Origin: Folioceros fuciformis
Lineage: Eukaryota
Direction: 5' to 3'
Length of the DNA: 20,000 bases
NCBI GenBank assembly: GCA_049999805.1
Contig: JBNGIO010006336.1
Coordinates: forward strand, 61,110-81,109
Both the position numbers and the translations under genes were made by a program. Under the pieces are notes generated by a model that did no database searches, was not told the DNA's origin, and saw only the letters and a program-made list of their open reading frames with translations. Positions 1 through 8,598 of this stretch are shown piece after piece (the first letter of the stretch is position 1; each line of letters begins with the position of its first letter).

Positions 1-175
1 GCCATAGGTGAACGATAGACACAATTGGAGGGAGGTAACCAGGCTTGGAGGGGAGCGATTCCGAGGAAGCCTACAACGACCGTGGGATTGATGTGGCCAG
101 GATACATGTGAGCGGGTGCCTGGTAGGGGTACCATACCTGCTTGCCCACAGGAAACAAATCAACCACTGGAGAAG
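1..175 (-). mobile_element. Possible degenerate L1/Tx1-type non-LTR retrotransposon fragment (post-RT region)
   Basis: Minus-strand frames stitch into LQWLICFLWASRYGTPTRH / HVSWPH / GFLGIAPLQA, which resembles the L1-clade 'L..FLW....H.VSW..I..P..GGLGI' motif. Frameshifts are needed and the match is short. Confidence 0.3.
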
Positions 176-345
176 TGGCTAAAGTCATATATGATGAGAA
201 TCATAGACTAGGTCTAGTGTTGTGTAGTTCATTAATAGTAGAAAGTACATACCTTTGTAGGAAAGGTTGTTGTGACCATAAAATGATTATAACTAAGAAA
301 ATAATTGAACACCTACTTAAGGAATCCACCTAGTACTCTCGGTGC

Positions 346-522
346 CCTAGTGAAGTGTGCCCTAATAATAAGTTATTTTATGAATATCAAGCAAGAACAC
401 AACCCTTGGATTAGGTTCTTAGCTCACACAAAGCCTTAGTGAAGCGTGCCCTAATAATAAGTTATTTTATGAATATCGAGCAAGAACAAAACCCTTGGAT
501 TGGGTTCTTAGCTCGCACAAAG
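346..522. repeat. Tandem duplication, 2 x ~89 bp
   Basis: The unit CCTAGTGAAG(T/C)GTGCCCTAATAATAAGTTATTTTATGAATATC(A/G)AGCAAGAAC...GGTTCTTAGCTC(A/G)CACAAAG occurs twice head-to-tail with a few substitutions. Confidence 0.95.
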
Positions 523-728
523 ATGTTCATGTGTAAAATTTGATGGAAGTAAGGAAAGGAAGAAAGCAGGGGAAGGATAGTGTATGCAAATGGTACAATA
601 ACATAACTCACATGCAGCATTGTCCCATGGACAATGTTACTCTAAAGGCCTATGCGGCGCCAACAATGGAAGCAATATAAAAAAATACCTAAGTGACCGT
701 TGGCGGTAGCACAACTTGGTGTGAGCAT

Positions 729-828
729 NNNNNNNNNNNNNNNNNNNNNNNNNNNNNNNNNNNNNNNNNNNNNNNNNNNNNNNNNNNNNNNNNNNNNNNN
801 NNNNNNNNNNNNNNNNNNNNNNNNNNNN
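729..828. other. Assembly gap (100 N)
   Basis: Run of 100 N, typical of a scaffold gap of unknown size. Confidence 1.
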
Positions 829-1040
829 GTATGGAATACCGATGCGGACAGTGACTACATACATACTCATGTTTTTTTATTGGAATACGTATTTTATACA
901 CAAATATATCATGGCATCTAAGGAATATTCGTCTACTCTACCTTGCCACATCATCCAACCCTACATATAGACATATAGACCGTAGAGTAAATTTTTTTAA
1001 TTATCTCTAACTGCTTTGTGCATCGAAAGGGACACAATCT

Positions 1041-1070
1041 TTGAAGAATCGTCTCGGGACGATTCTTTAA
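1041..1070. repeat. Short inverted repeat / hairpin
   Basis: TTGAAGAATCGTC-TCGG-GACGATTCTTTAA: 10-bp perfect stem, 13 bp with one G.T pair, 4-nt loop. Confidence 0.85.
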
Positions 1071-1680
1071 CGAGCAGCGCATCTCGCGTAGGGACCCCCG
1101 CTATGGAGTAGATTCCGATGGTGGGTGTGCCTTCGTTGCATGGATTGTGCTCTTCTCCCTTGCTTTTCCACCCTGCCGCCTTCCAGAACCAGAAATGCAG
1201 CGTTAGGTTGCTTCCGGGACCTCAGTTTTGCTTTGGTATGCTTGGTTTGGCTGCAAGCAACCGTGGCGTTCAGAGGTTTCGAGTTGCCAATGCGCGGAAT
1301 TTGATGTCCGGGTGCTTGGTAACAGGCTAACACCGAAGCGTGGTTCTACAATCATGAGGGAGTGAGGACCAGACCACCTGGCATCAATTCCGCCCCAACC
1401 GGCCGGTTTCTGCCGAGCACTTGCAAGGTGATGATTTTCCCCCTCCTGGGCAGGCTTGGATCTCGGGGATGAGATTTGCAGCGGGAATGCTAGGGATTAT
1501 GCCCAAGCTTTTGTTCTTGATGCGGTTTCGTGGCACCCTTTCCTGCAGCGCTGGAAATTCTCCTCTGGAAGCTAGACGCAGACACTTATTTGGACAACCC
1601 GGTGCTAGAGAGGATAAAAAAGGAGTGCGGGTACAAGCACTGGGTAAGTTGGAAGTGACAAGTTCGTGTTGTGCAGCATT

Positions 1681-1830
1681 GGAGCTTTCGGGATCTCCTC
1701 ATCCGCTCTCGGCATCGATTTGAAAAATCAAGGGAGATTCCGAGATCTCCTCATTCGCTCTCGGCATCGGTTTGAAAAATCAAGGGAGCTTCCGAGATCT
1801 CCTCATCCGCTCTCTTTGGAAAAATCAAGG
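1681..1830. repeat. Tandem repeat, ~3 x 52 bp
   Basis: Unit GGGAGCTTCCGAGATCTCCTCATCCGCTCTCGGCATCGGTTTGAAAAATCAA. The third copy has an internal deletion. Confidence 0.95.
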
Positions 1831-1929
1831 AGCAGGGCAGCCAGCTTAAAGACAGCCTTCTGTCGCTCATGTCAGGGATGGCCGATGGCATGCCATGACC
1901 TGGATCACTTGGAGACGAGATGGACCGCG

Positions 1930-2082
1930 ACCGCGAGGAATAAAACACCTACTTTGTGCCCTATGACTGAAGGAGGCACAAGCATTATGTCCGTTATATT
2001 TGCACCGCGAGGAATAAAACACCTACTTTTTGTGCCCCATGACTGAAGGGGGCACAAGCATTATGTCCGTTATATTTGCACC
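1930..2082. repeat. Tandem duplication, 2 x ~75 bp, each unit with an internal hairpin
   Basis: ACCGCGAGGAATAAAACACCTACTTT(TT)GTGCCC.ATGACTGAAGG.GGCACAAGCATTATGTCCGTTATATTTGC occurs twice. TTGTGCC...GGCACAA forms an inverted repeat within each unit. Confidence 0.95.
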
Positions 2083-2255
2083 ATATACCACCGACCTAAA
2101 ACTTCTATGAAAGAACCCCGTCCGTATCGATATTCCAGATTTGTGTCCCAGGCTAATTGTTGATTAAAATGTGTTGGAGAAGACGGGAGGGGCACAGGAT
2201 GGGACAAGACGTAGACGGCACTGCACGGGAACGGAAAGGGACGGGCAAGGGTTCA

Positions 2256-2404
2256 TGGGAGGGTTGGATTGGGGGGTTTCGGTTTGCATTATCATGCATT
2301 TCGTGTCGCCTGCAGCGATCACCGCTGAACTGAGAGAGCTCTGGGAGGGTTGGATCGGGGGGTTCGGGTTTGCTGTATCACGCATGTCGTGTCACCTTCA
2401 GCAA
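2256..2404. repeat. Diverged direct repeat, 2 x ~63 bp, G-rich
   Basis: TGGGAGGGTTGGAT(T/C)GGGGGGTT..GGTTTGC..TATCA.GCAT.TCGTGTC.CCT.CAGC at ~2256 and ~2342. Confidence 0.8.
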
Positions 2405-2699
2405 GGTTTCGGACCTTTTTTTTCATGGACGATGGAGCATGTCCGTTGTGGGATTTTCCTTTGAACAACAACCATCTATTCGTCTTATGCGCCACAACGG
2501 CCATGTGTGGTGTGTTAAGAAAGAATTGACACCTCTCCTCTGTCCTCTGTGATATGCCATAGTGCTAACAAGTACATGGTCACAGATTTCCTCTGTCAAG
2601 TGTGATCACACGTAGCTCTAATACAACCAAAACAGAGAAAGCCTAAAAGTCGAGAGTTGATTGGCTTGCACGCACCTACACACAGCCCGAAAGTTGAGA

Positions 2700-4990
2700 A
2701 GTGTGACTGCCCCAGTTTCTTTACTTGATCAAGAGGTGCTCATTACCTGGTACGAGCTGTCTGCATTCAGCAACATAAAATGCACTCAACTCTGTTCTCA
2801 GAGAGTTGTACCTTTCACTTGCAACCTCCCGCTTCCGTGGTAGCCTCCCGCTTGACCAGTAACCTCCCTTTACCTTTAAATTGCCCTCCCTCAACTCTGC
2901 CGACACGCATTCAGGTCGAAGAAAGAACATCTTCATCCAAGACAGATCAAGTCTCAAGGAGTGGTGGCCATGACGACAGTTACATTGTTCCAGCGCCTGC
3001 AACTGGCACAGAGCAAGAGACCTCGGGAACGCGATGCACACAAAGAAACTTACGTGATCTTCTAAACCGTCAGAAAGCTGCGGATGTCACTGGCCGCAGA
3101 CGATGTGTCATGTTGTATTAAGCGTTGAACGCGAGCACAAGCATGCGCTGCGCCAACTGGTGAGCATCATCGCAGATAACAGTGCAGGGAAACAGAGTCT
3201 GCCCTGGAAGATGAAAGGAGGAAACGTAACTTTAAACGCTGGCGCAATGAAGACATGGAGGATATTGCAAAGAGACACTATCGCGCAGCGTGAGCACTAT
3301 GAAAAGTACCCTCGGCTGCAGTGTATCCGAGCCATGCAATTATCGTACCAGGCCTCACTGCGCTAACCTCTCAGCTCGAACGACGGCAGTACTCACTGCT
3401 CTTGACAAAGCTTGAAAATCAGAGTTACTGATACACCACGGGGCCAATAGTTTGCAGCGCCATGACCGTCCATGAACCATAACAACTGCAAGCCAACCAT
3501 TGAAAGAGGCAGAAGCCATGACAAGTTGAGCATAGGAAAGACAAGCTTCAGACAATATTGCAAGCAAGAGAAGACATCTACGGAAGCGAATCGGAAAGAC
3601 AAATCTAGCTAGACACTGCAAGCAAAGAACGCTGGGTCCCAAGAACTGCTGCTGACTAGAGAGAGAAGGGTGGATCACCTGGAGCATTTCTCCAACCCCG
3701 TGAGACTGACCCTGTCGCTGCTGAGGTTAACTTCGCAAGACGACGGTGTCAAGAACTGAAGCAGGGACTCTTGGATGCACGCAGCTTGGCACGATTCACT
3801 GCTTGGAGGCTTGCTTGCTGGCTAGCTAGACTGTCATGCCTTCGTGGAGAGGCAAGATCAAGAGAAACCGGTAGAGATGAAGCGATGTGTATGTCACGCT
3901 CTCGGATTCGCAGTGTAGTGTAACCTACCCTGGAACCGGGCCTCGGGAATGACTAGTCCTTCCGGCAGCGGCTAGCTAACTTTATAACGAAGTTATGGAA
4001 AGGAAGTGGAGGCTAAAAGCTGATACCACATAGGGTTAAGCGAGCCTGGTAAGCTCCATCGTCGTGCACAACTGGATGCTGATGCGGGTGTATCCAGGCA
4101 GAGGCAGGCGCTGAAAGGTAGGGGAGCGTGCCAAGCTACGTGCTTCGAAGAGGAGAGCTCTCTTGCCGATAGTTTTTGAAGAAGTCGTGGATCGATTCTT
4201 CGTCGCTCAGCCTGGCCATGCCCAACATGCGAGGCGACGAGAGGTCACATCGATGACTACGATCTTGCAGAAAACTGATATCGGGAGCGCGGACGGCGGA
4301 TCTGCGAGAACACGTGCAGTTGATATGTAAATCGGCATCTACTGCAGAGATCTCACAGACTGTGCTCAGCACGGTTGTGGCGTATGATTCTAAGCAAATA
4401 ACCTAGAAACAACAGCACAGACGGACGACACCGGATACAAGCCCGCGGCGTGCAGAGTCCGGAGCCTCATGGCGCAAGGAAACGGGGAGAAGCGCGGGAG
4501 GCAGCGGCAGGGCAACCCCGCCTCACTTCCTCCTCGCGGACAGGCAGCGGGCTAGCAGACAGCACAGTAATGAGGACTCACGTTGCTGGAGGCTCCTGTT
4601 TATACATAACCCAGCAAGCTGGACTGAGGCGGGACTCGGGCTGTGCTTTGCTGTGCTGTGCTATGCTGTGGGGACCCACAGCCCCTCCAGTGCGGTAGAG
4701 ATTCCAGTAGCACGCGTACGTCCTCTTGGCTGCCCGCCGGAAGAGAAGGGAGAGGAAGCGAGCGGCAGGAGCCGGGCCACAGCGAGGCGGAGGAGGGCAA
4801 ATCTTTTCGATGCTCTCGTGGCCGCTGCAGGTCGCGGCCCGCACCTGGCCACGACAGATTTTCGACATGAAATTACGAGCATTGGCAGACAGAAGAGGTA
4901 ATATGGGGAGAGCCGAGCGAGTTGTCGCGTTGCGAGTGGAAGGAAAAATCAGTGTGCTCTCATGAACTAGGGTTTGTGGGTTTGCCGTTT
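2700..4990 (-). ncRNA. Putative spliced pri-miR536 host transcript (multi-exon, no long ORF)
   Basis: Chain of minus-strand GT..AG candidate introns with pyrimidine-rich 3' ends: 4719-4403 (GTACGC..TTTCTAG), 3678-3486 (GTGATC..TTGCAG), 3367-3204 (GTTAGC..TTCCAG), plus a donor GTAAGT at 3053. The joined exons give only short ORFs. Transcript ends are estimates. Confidence 0.5.
3700..4250 (-). ncRNA. MIR536: MIR536-like microRNA precursor hairpin (mature on 3' arm 3794->3774, star on 5' arm 4144->4124)
   Basis: Minus strand 3794->3774 reads UCGUGCCAAGCUGCGUGCAUC, about 1-2 differences from the miR536 family as I recall it (UCGUGCCAAGCUGUGUGCA[A/U]C). Minus 4152->4124, CUCUUCGAAGCACGUAGCUUGGCACGCUC, pairs with it over 17 contiguous bp (one G:U), with mismatches only at mature positions 1 and 19. 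The lower stem extends through CUCUU/AAGAG, CAAGA/UCUUG, GACUUC/GAAGUU, GCUGAG/CUCAGC and UGACC..GUCGC/GCGAC..GGUCA. Confidence 0.85.
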
Positions 4991-5055
4991 GTGGCTCACA
5001 CGCCACACCGTAGCTTATTTTAATAAGGCCCGTTTCACAAGCCCGGTATAAATCC
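4968..5055 (-). promoter_or_regulatory. Candidate Pol II promoter: telo-box, TATA-like tract and site II-like GGCCC/GCCC motifs
   Basis: AAACCCTA on the minus strand (TAGGGTTT at 4968-4975 on +). TATTAAAATAA on minus at ~5015-5025. AGGCCCG and AAGCCCG at ~5026-5045. These lie at the GC-rich to AT-rich transition upstream of the MIR536-like transcript. Confidence 0.5.
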
Positions 5056-5113
5056 TGACACGCCTCATTCGATTGGAGGGTTGATTTGTACCCGATTCAC
5101 AAGGACTAGATAA

Positions 5114-5284
5114 CCCACACCCTGGCTCTTACGTGCCCACACCCTGGCTCTTACGTGGATGCCACGGCAGGGTGTTTTTTATGTCAGACAACACCAAAGT
5201 AAGTATGTGCCCACACCCTGGCTCTTACGTGGATGTCATGGCAGGGTTTTTTTTTTATGTCAGAAAACACCTTAGTAAGTACAT
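5114..5284. repeat. Nested tandem repeats (22-bp unit CCCACACCCTGGCTCTTACGTG x3 within a ~74-bp duplication)
   Basis: The 22-mer occurs at ~5114, ~5136 and ~5209. The last two copies are each followed by GATG.CA.GGCAGGGT.TTTT..ATGTCAGA.AACACC..AGTAAGTA. Confidence 0.9.
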
Positions 5285-5377
5285 ATGTGAGGACGTTGTT
5301 GTCAATCCCAAGATGGTAGTGGAGGCTTATGCAAGTGCCAAAGTTCATAATTATTCTTTTATGTAAGGCAAGCATAT

Positions 5378-5449
5378 TTTCATCCTCTTAGTCATGGACA
5401 AGGATTTTTCAAGTTTCATCCTCTTAGTCATGGACAAGGATTTTTCAAG
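5378..5449. repeat. Perfect tandem duplication, 2 x 36 bp
   Basis: TTTCATCCTCTTAGTCATGGACAAGGATTTTTCAAG twice. Confidence 0.95.
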
Positions 5450-5549
5450 GTTCATAAAAAGGAGTGTGCAAAGGTATATCAGAGTCATAGGAATAGGAAT
5501 GGTGTTCTTCCTCTTTCCTTTCTAGCAGCCTTCTTTGACAATGTGTATC

Positions 5550-5655
5550 CATTGCTTTGTAAAGAGCATTAGCCAACGCCGTTTAGAACAACAACAAGCA
5601 CATTGCTTTGCAAAGAGCATTAGCCAATGCCGTATTTAGAACAACAACAAGCACA
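5550..5655. repeat. Tandem duplication, 2 x ~52 bp
   Basis: CATTGCTTTG(T/C)AAAGAGCATTAGCCAA(C/T)GCCGT(AT)TTAGAACAACAACAAGCA twice. Confidence 0.95.
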
Positions 5656-5821
5656 TGTCAAGCCTCTTTTCGACACCGGTTGGTTGGTAGGTAGGCCTTT
5701 TGTTATTCTACATCATGACATTTTGCGAATAATAGGTAGTTTTTTAGAATGATGTTGTTGTATCTTTTGGGCCTTTGGTCCTGTTCGGGTTATTCCTCTT
5801 CTCTTTTATCTTTGGAGTAGA

Positions 5822-5899
5822 TGGGACGTTCCATATCTTTAGAGTAAAGATAATAAACTTTGGGACGTTCCATATCTTTAGAGTAGAGATAATAAATTT
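5822..5899. repeat. Tandem duplication, 2 x 39 bp
   Basis: TGGGACGTTCCATATCTTTAGAGTA(A/G)AGATAATAAA(C/T)TT twice. Confidence 0.95.
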
Positions 5900-6337
5900 T
5901 CAATAGTAATAAAATAAATAAATCAACTTTCTAATTTTTTTCGTACAATAAATAAATAAAAACTTTGATTCAAAAATAAGCCTCATGTATCAATTTATAA
6001 TACAAACTATGTACCCCAAAGGGACAACCATATCACACAACAAAAAAAAAGGCTTAGCTTAGCCCGTCTTCAATTACACCTAAAAGTCCTTTGTGGTCTA
6101 TAATGATTGCCTACACTTGTTTGCAACTACTGTACTATACTATGAGATAATGACTAACCATGTGTTTCTTAGAGACATTAAACAATTGCCAAAGAGTTTA
6201 TAATGTTGTGTGGCATCTATCATCATATTAGTTCTTGCTACCTCCAAACTTACTTAGATAACATCTTCCATAGTCTAGATCAGTAATGAATGGTGCCCTT
6301 AGGATTTAGTCCCCTTCAACATCGTTACCTTTGTGGT

Positions 6338-6354
6338 TTTAGGGTTTAGGGTTT
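6338..6354 (+). repeat. Short interstitial plant telomere-type repeat (TTTAGGG)2 / double telo-box
   Basis: TTTAGGGTTTAGGGTTT. Confidence 0.6.
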
Positions 6355-6844
6355 TCTGTGGTGAATGGGTTTTTTCATATTGTTTTTTAACTAAAGTCTC
6401 CATTTACTGGTATTAGCGACATGGTATTGACATGACTCTTGCTCTTGCCTTTCATCAAACTATCATGATATTATAAGGAGACCTTCTTTGCTAATTTCCT
6501 CTAAAAACTTTCTGAACGAGAACAAACTAAACAGTAAATCAAGCTTCCGAAATATGATACTTTCCAAAGCCTTCTTTTGTGCCTAATAACGTACATGGAC
6601 TTGGCAATGTCTCCATTGTTATAATTTATCCTTGATCATCATTTTCTTATATTGTATTAAAATATCAAATCTTTTTATATTTATTTTATATCTATGTTAT
6701 TTCCTTTTTGATGGTTTATTATAGAAACCAAAATCCCATTCAATGAGGTGAAAATGTGTTTCAAAGAGGTTCCGATAAGATTTTTTGGATAGCCGGATTC
6801 CTGCAAAGGTTTAATATGTTGTTTCAACACCGTGGGATCGACAA

Positions 6845-6925
6845 GTCAATATGGCCGAGTGGTTAAGGCGACAGACTTGAAATCTGTTGGGTTCGCCCGC
6901 GCAGGTTCGAACCCTGCTGTTGACG
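6845..6925 (+). tRNA. tRNA-Ser (anticodon UGA)
   Basis: Acceptor stem GTCAATA/TGTTGAC with discriminator G. A-box TGGCCGAGTGG. Anticodon stem ACAGA-CT TGA AA-TCTGT (anticodon 6878-6880). Long variable arm GGGTTCGCCC. T-arm GCAGG-TTCGAAC-CCTGC. A CAA motif lies immediately upstream, as in plant nuclear tRNA genes. Confidence 0.97.
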
Positions 6926-7552
6926 CCGACTTTCACTACTCCAAGGACTTCTGTTTAATGTGCTTTTAATAATATGACGGAACAAGTCTGGCAATGAACA
7001 GCTGTAGGCAGTGATTGAGGCGTTACAAGATAGAAAGCAACTTCGCAGACAGTCCACTAAACTAGCCGCCATGGAGCATCGTTTTGGCGTTTCTTTCACC
7101 CGCTTCTAACAAGCCCGATACACATGAGGGAAGAAACCAAAAGAAATCTGTTCTACCTGTTTAATCCCACCGAGGAAAGCGCGGTCGACAGTACACATCC
7201 GCGAGGAATAAGTATGACAGAAGGTTGTGTCATATCCCGGAGTGAGGTTCCTCGATCCTCACACTTCGTGTCGTCGTGCGTCTGGAAAAGGCGACGAGCT
7301 TCCTGAGAAATCTCCTCGCGCTGGTGATCTGAGACCTTGTGAAGACTGCAAAGCGCGTTTCGGAGGGCGAACGAGTATCCGGTGCGGGTTTTGAGCAGCG
7401 TTGTTATGTCCGGTGTGACATCCCGGTGTTGCCAAGACTTGCGAGCCTGTGAATCAGTGGAGGCTGCGTGATTGGTTTGGCCTGCTGGGATATCAGGTTT
7501 CTCGTGTAAGCCTGAGGGTTGTCTCGCCGTCTTTGTGCTAGGAGTGAGGAAC

Positions 7553-8598
7553 ATGGAGAACCGTGAGTACGATGTTGCCAGAGAAGAGCAGGAGGCTCTG
7601 TTGAGTTACTACAAGGGGGAGAAAGAGCCGGAGACGAAGGATGCAGAAGCAGGGACTGAGACGAAGGATGCAGCATCAGGGACACCAGACGGTGGATCGG
7701 CCGATGGCTTGCCTGTTGCAGCAGTGGCACTGGTCGGTCGCACCCCGTGGAGCTCCGGCTTGCTGGAATGCCTGAGTTGTAACGATGAGTATCTCGGCAG
7801 CGACATGGAAGTCTGTAAGTTTTTCGATCCCTTTCTGTCAGCGTGGTCCGGCATGTTTTTGCGAGTTATCAGGTCTTTAAACTTTGTTGAGGCCAGGGTT
7901 GTGTGATTAGCTTTTTATGCTTCTCCAGAGTGTGAGGATGGAGGGCTGGGTTGGCCTGGCTCTCTTGTCTTTTTCGTGATTGATCGACCGACACTTTCTT
8001 ACGGTGTTGTTGATGTTTGTGGAACAGGTTGCATGGGTCTCTTTTGCCCTTGTGTGCTTTATGGGAGTAACGTGGATCGTCTTCATCCTTCACAGGAGCT
8101 ATTCCTCCAGCACTGTATGTTTTACACTAGCCTGTGTGTGTTCGGTAACTCTCTGTTCGGGAGCAATTACCTGGCCCCTTGCGTTTCATACCCGAGCAGG
8201 TCTGCCCTTCGGAGGAAGTTCAACCTGGAGGTAACTAAAGTTTACAGGCGCTTTGTAGTACTTATCCTGTTTTCCCTTTTTGCTTCAGCTCTTCCAAACA
8301 CGTGGAAAGGAACCTAGTTTGAAGACTTTGACCGTTCACAGAATCTGATCTTCGGGTGTGAATTGTTTCTTAGGGCCATGGAGAGTATATCATGAAAAAT
8401 CTTGGCTGTGCGTGGGAATCAGAGGAAGTACGTGAAAGCTGCGATGTATGTTGTGACATAGCTGTCCACTTTTGGTGCCATACTTGTGCCCTTTGCCAGG
8501 AAGGGCGGGAGCTGAGGAGGAGGGTGCCTAACCCCGGATTCAACTTATCTTTTGTGCCCATGAGGGCTCCGATGCATCAGTCTATGAGCTCTCAGTGA
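7553..8598 (+). CDS. PLAC8-family protein, cell number regulator 8 (CNR8)-like; exons 7553-7814, 8028-8230, 8374-8598 (~229 aa)
   Basis: The spliced product reads MENREY...GRTPWSSGLLECLSCNDEYLGSDMEV|CCMGLFCPCVLYGSNVDRL...APCVSYPSRSALRRKFNLE|GHGE...CDIAVHFWCHTCALCQEGRELRRR...MSSQ*. It carries the PLAC8 motifs CxxGxxCPC and CALCQExREL. Introns are canonical (GTAAGT..AACAG, GTAACT..CTTAG) with compatible phases (1, 0). A likely 5'UTR acceptor GCTAG ends at 7541. Confidence 0.93.

Larger units (their letters stand above)
5278..5660 (+). mobile_element. Decayed 3' fragment of CRE-like (RLE-type) non-LTR retrotransposon, copy 1
   Basis: Translates with stops and frameshifts as ICEDVVVNPKMVVEAYASAKVHNYSFM*GKHIFILLVMD..DFSRFIK.ECAKVYQ...LPLSFLAAFF.QCVSIAL*RALANAV. 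This is clearly homologous to the endonuclease C-terminus at 11430-11710 and 17300-17570. Confidence 0.75.

Noticed and set aside
1681-2082. Repeat arrays as a CRISPR array
   Set aside because: Units are head-to-tail with no unique spacers, there are no cas genes, and the context is eukaryotic.
3976-3996. loxP-like string (minus strand ATAACTTCGTTATAAAGTTAG) inside the miRNA loop
   Set aside because: Only one imperfect half-site with no 8-bp spacer and second arm. It is a small local hairpin and most likely coincidence.
3714-4330. Protein-like + strand reads (AEVNFARRRCQELKQGLL..., RAKLRASKRRALL...)
   Set aside because: No start or splice support and no recognisable family. The region is better explained by the minus-strand miRNA hairpin.
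6926-7020. tRNA-snoRNA dicistron downstream of tRNA-Ser
   Set aside because: No proper C box (RUGAUGA) or D box (CUGA) pair directly after the tRNA, and a T4 occurs within 40 nt.
7472-7552. Upstream extension of the PLAC8 ORF shown in the ORF track
   Set aside because: It starts at a non-ATG codon within a probable 5'UTR intron ending at 7541. ATG 7553 fits the family N-terminus.
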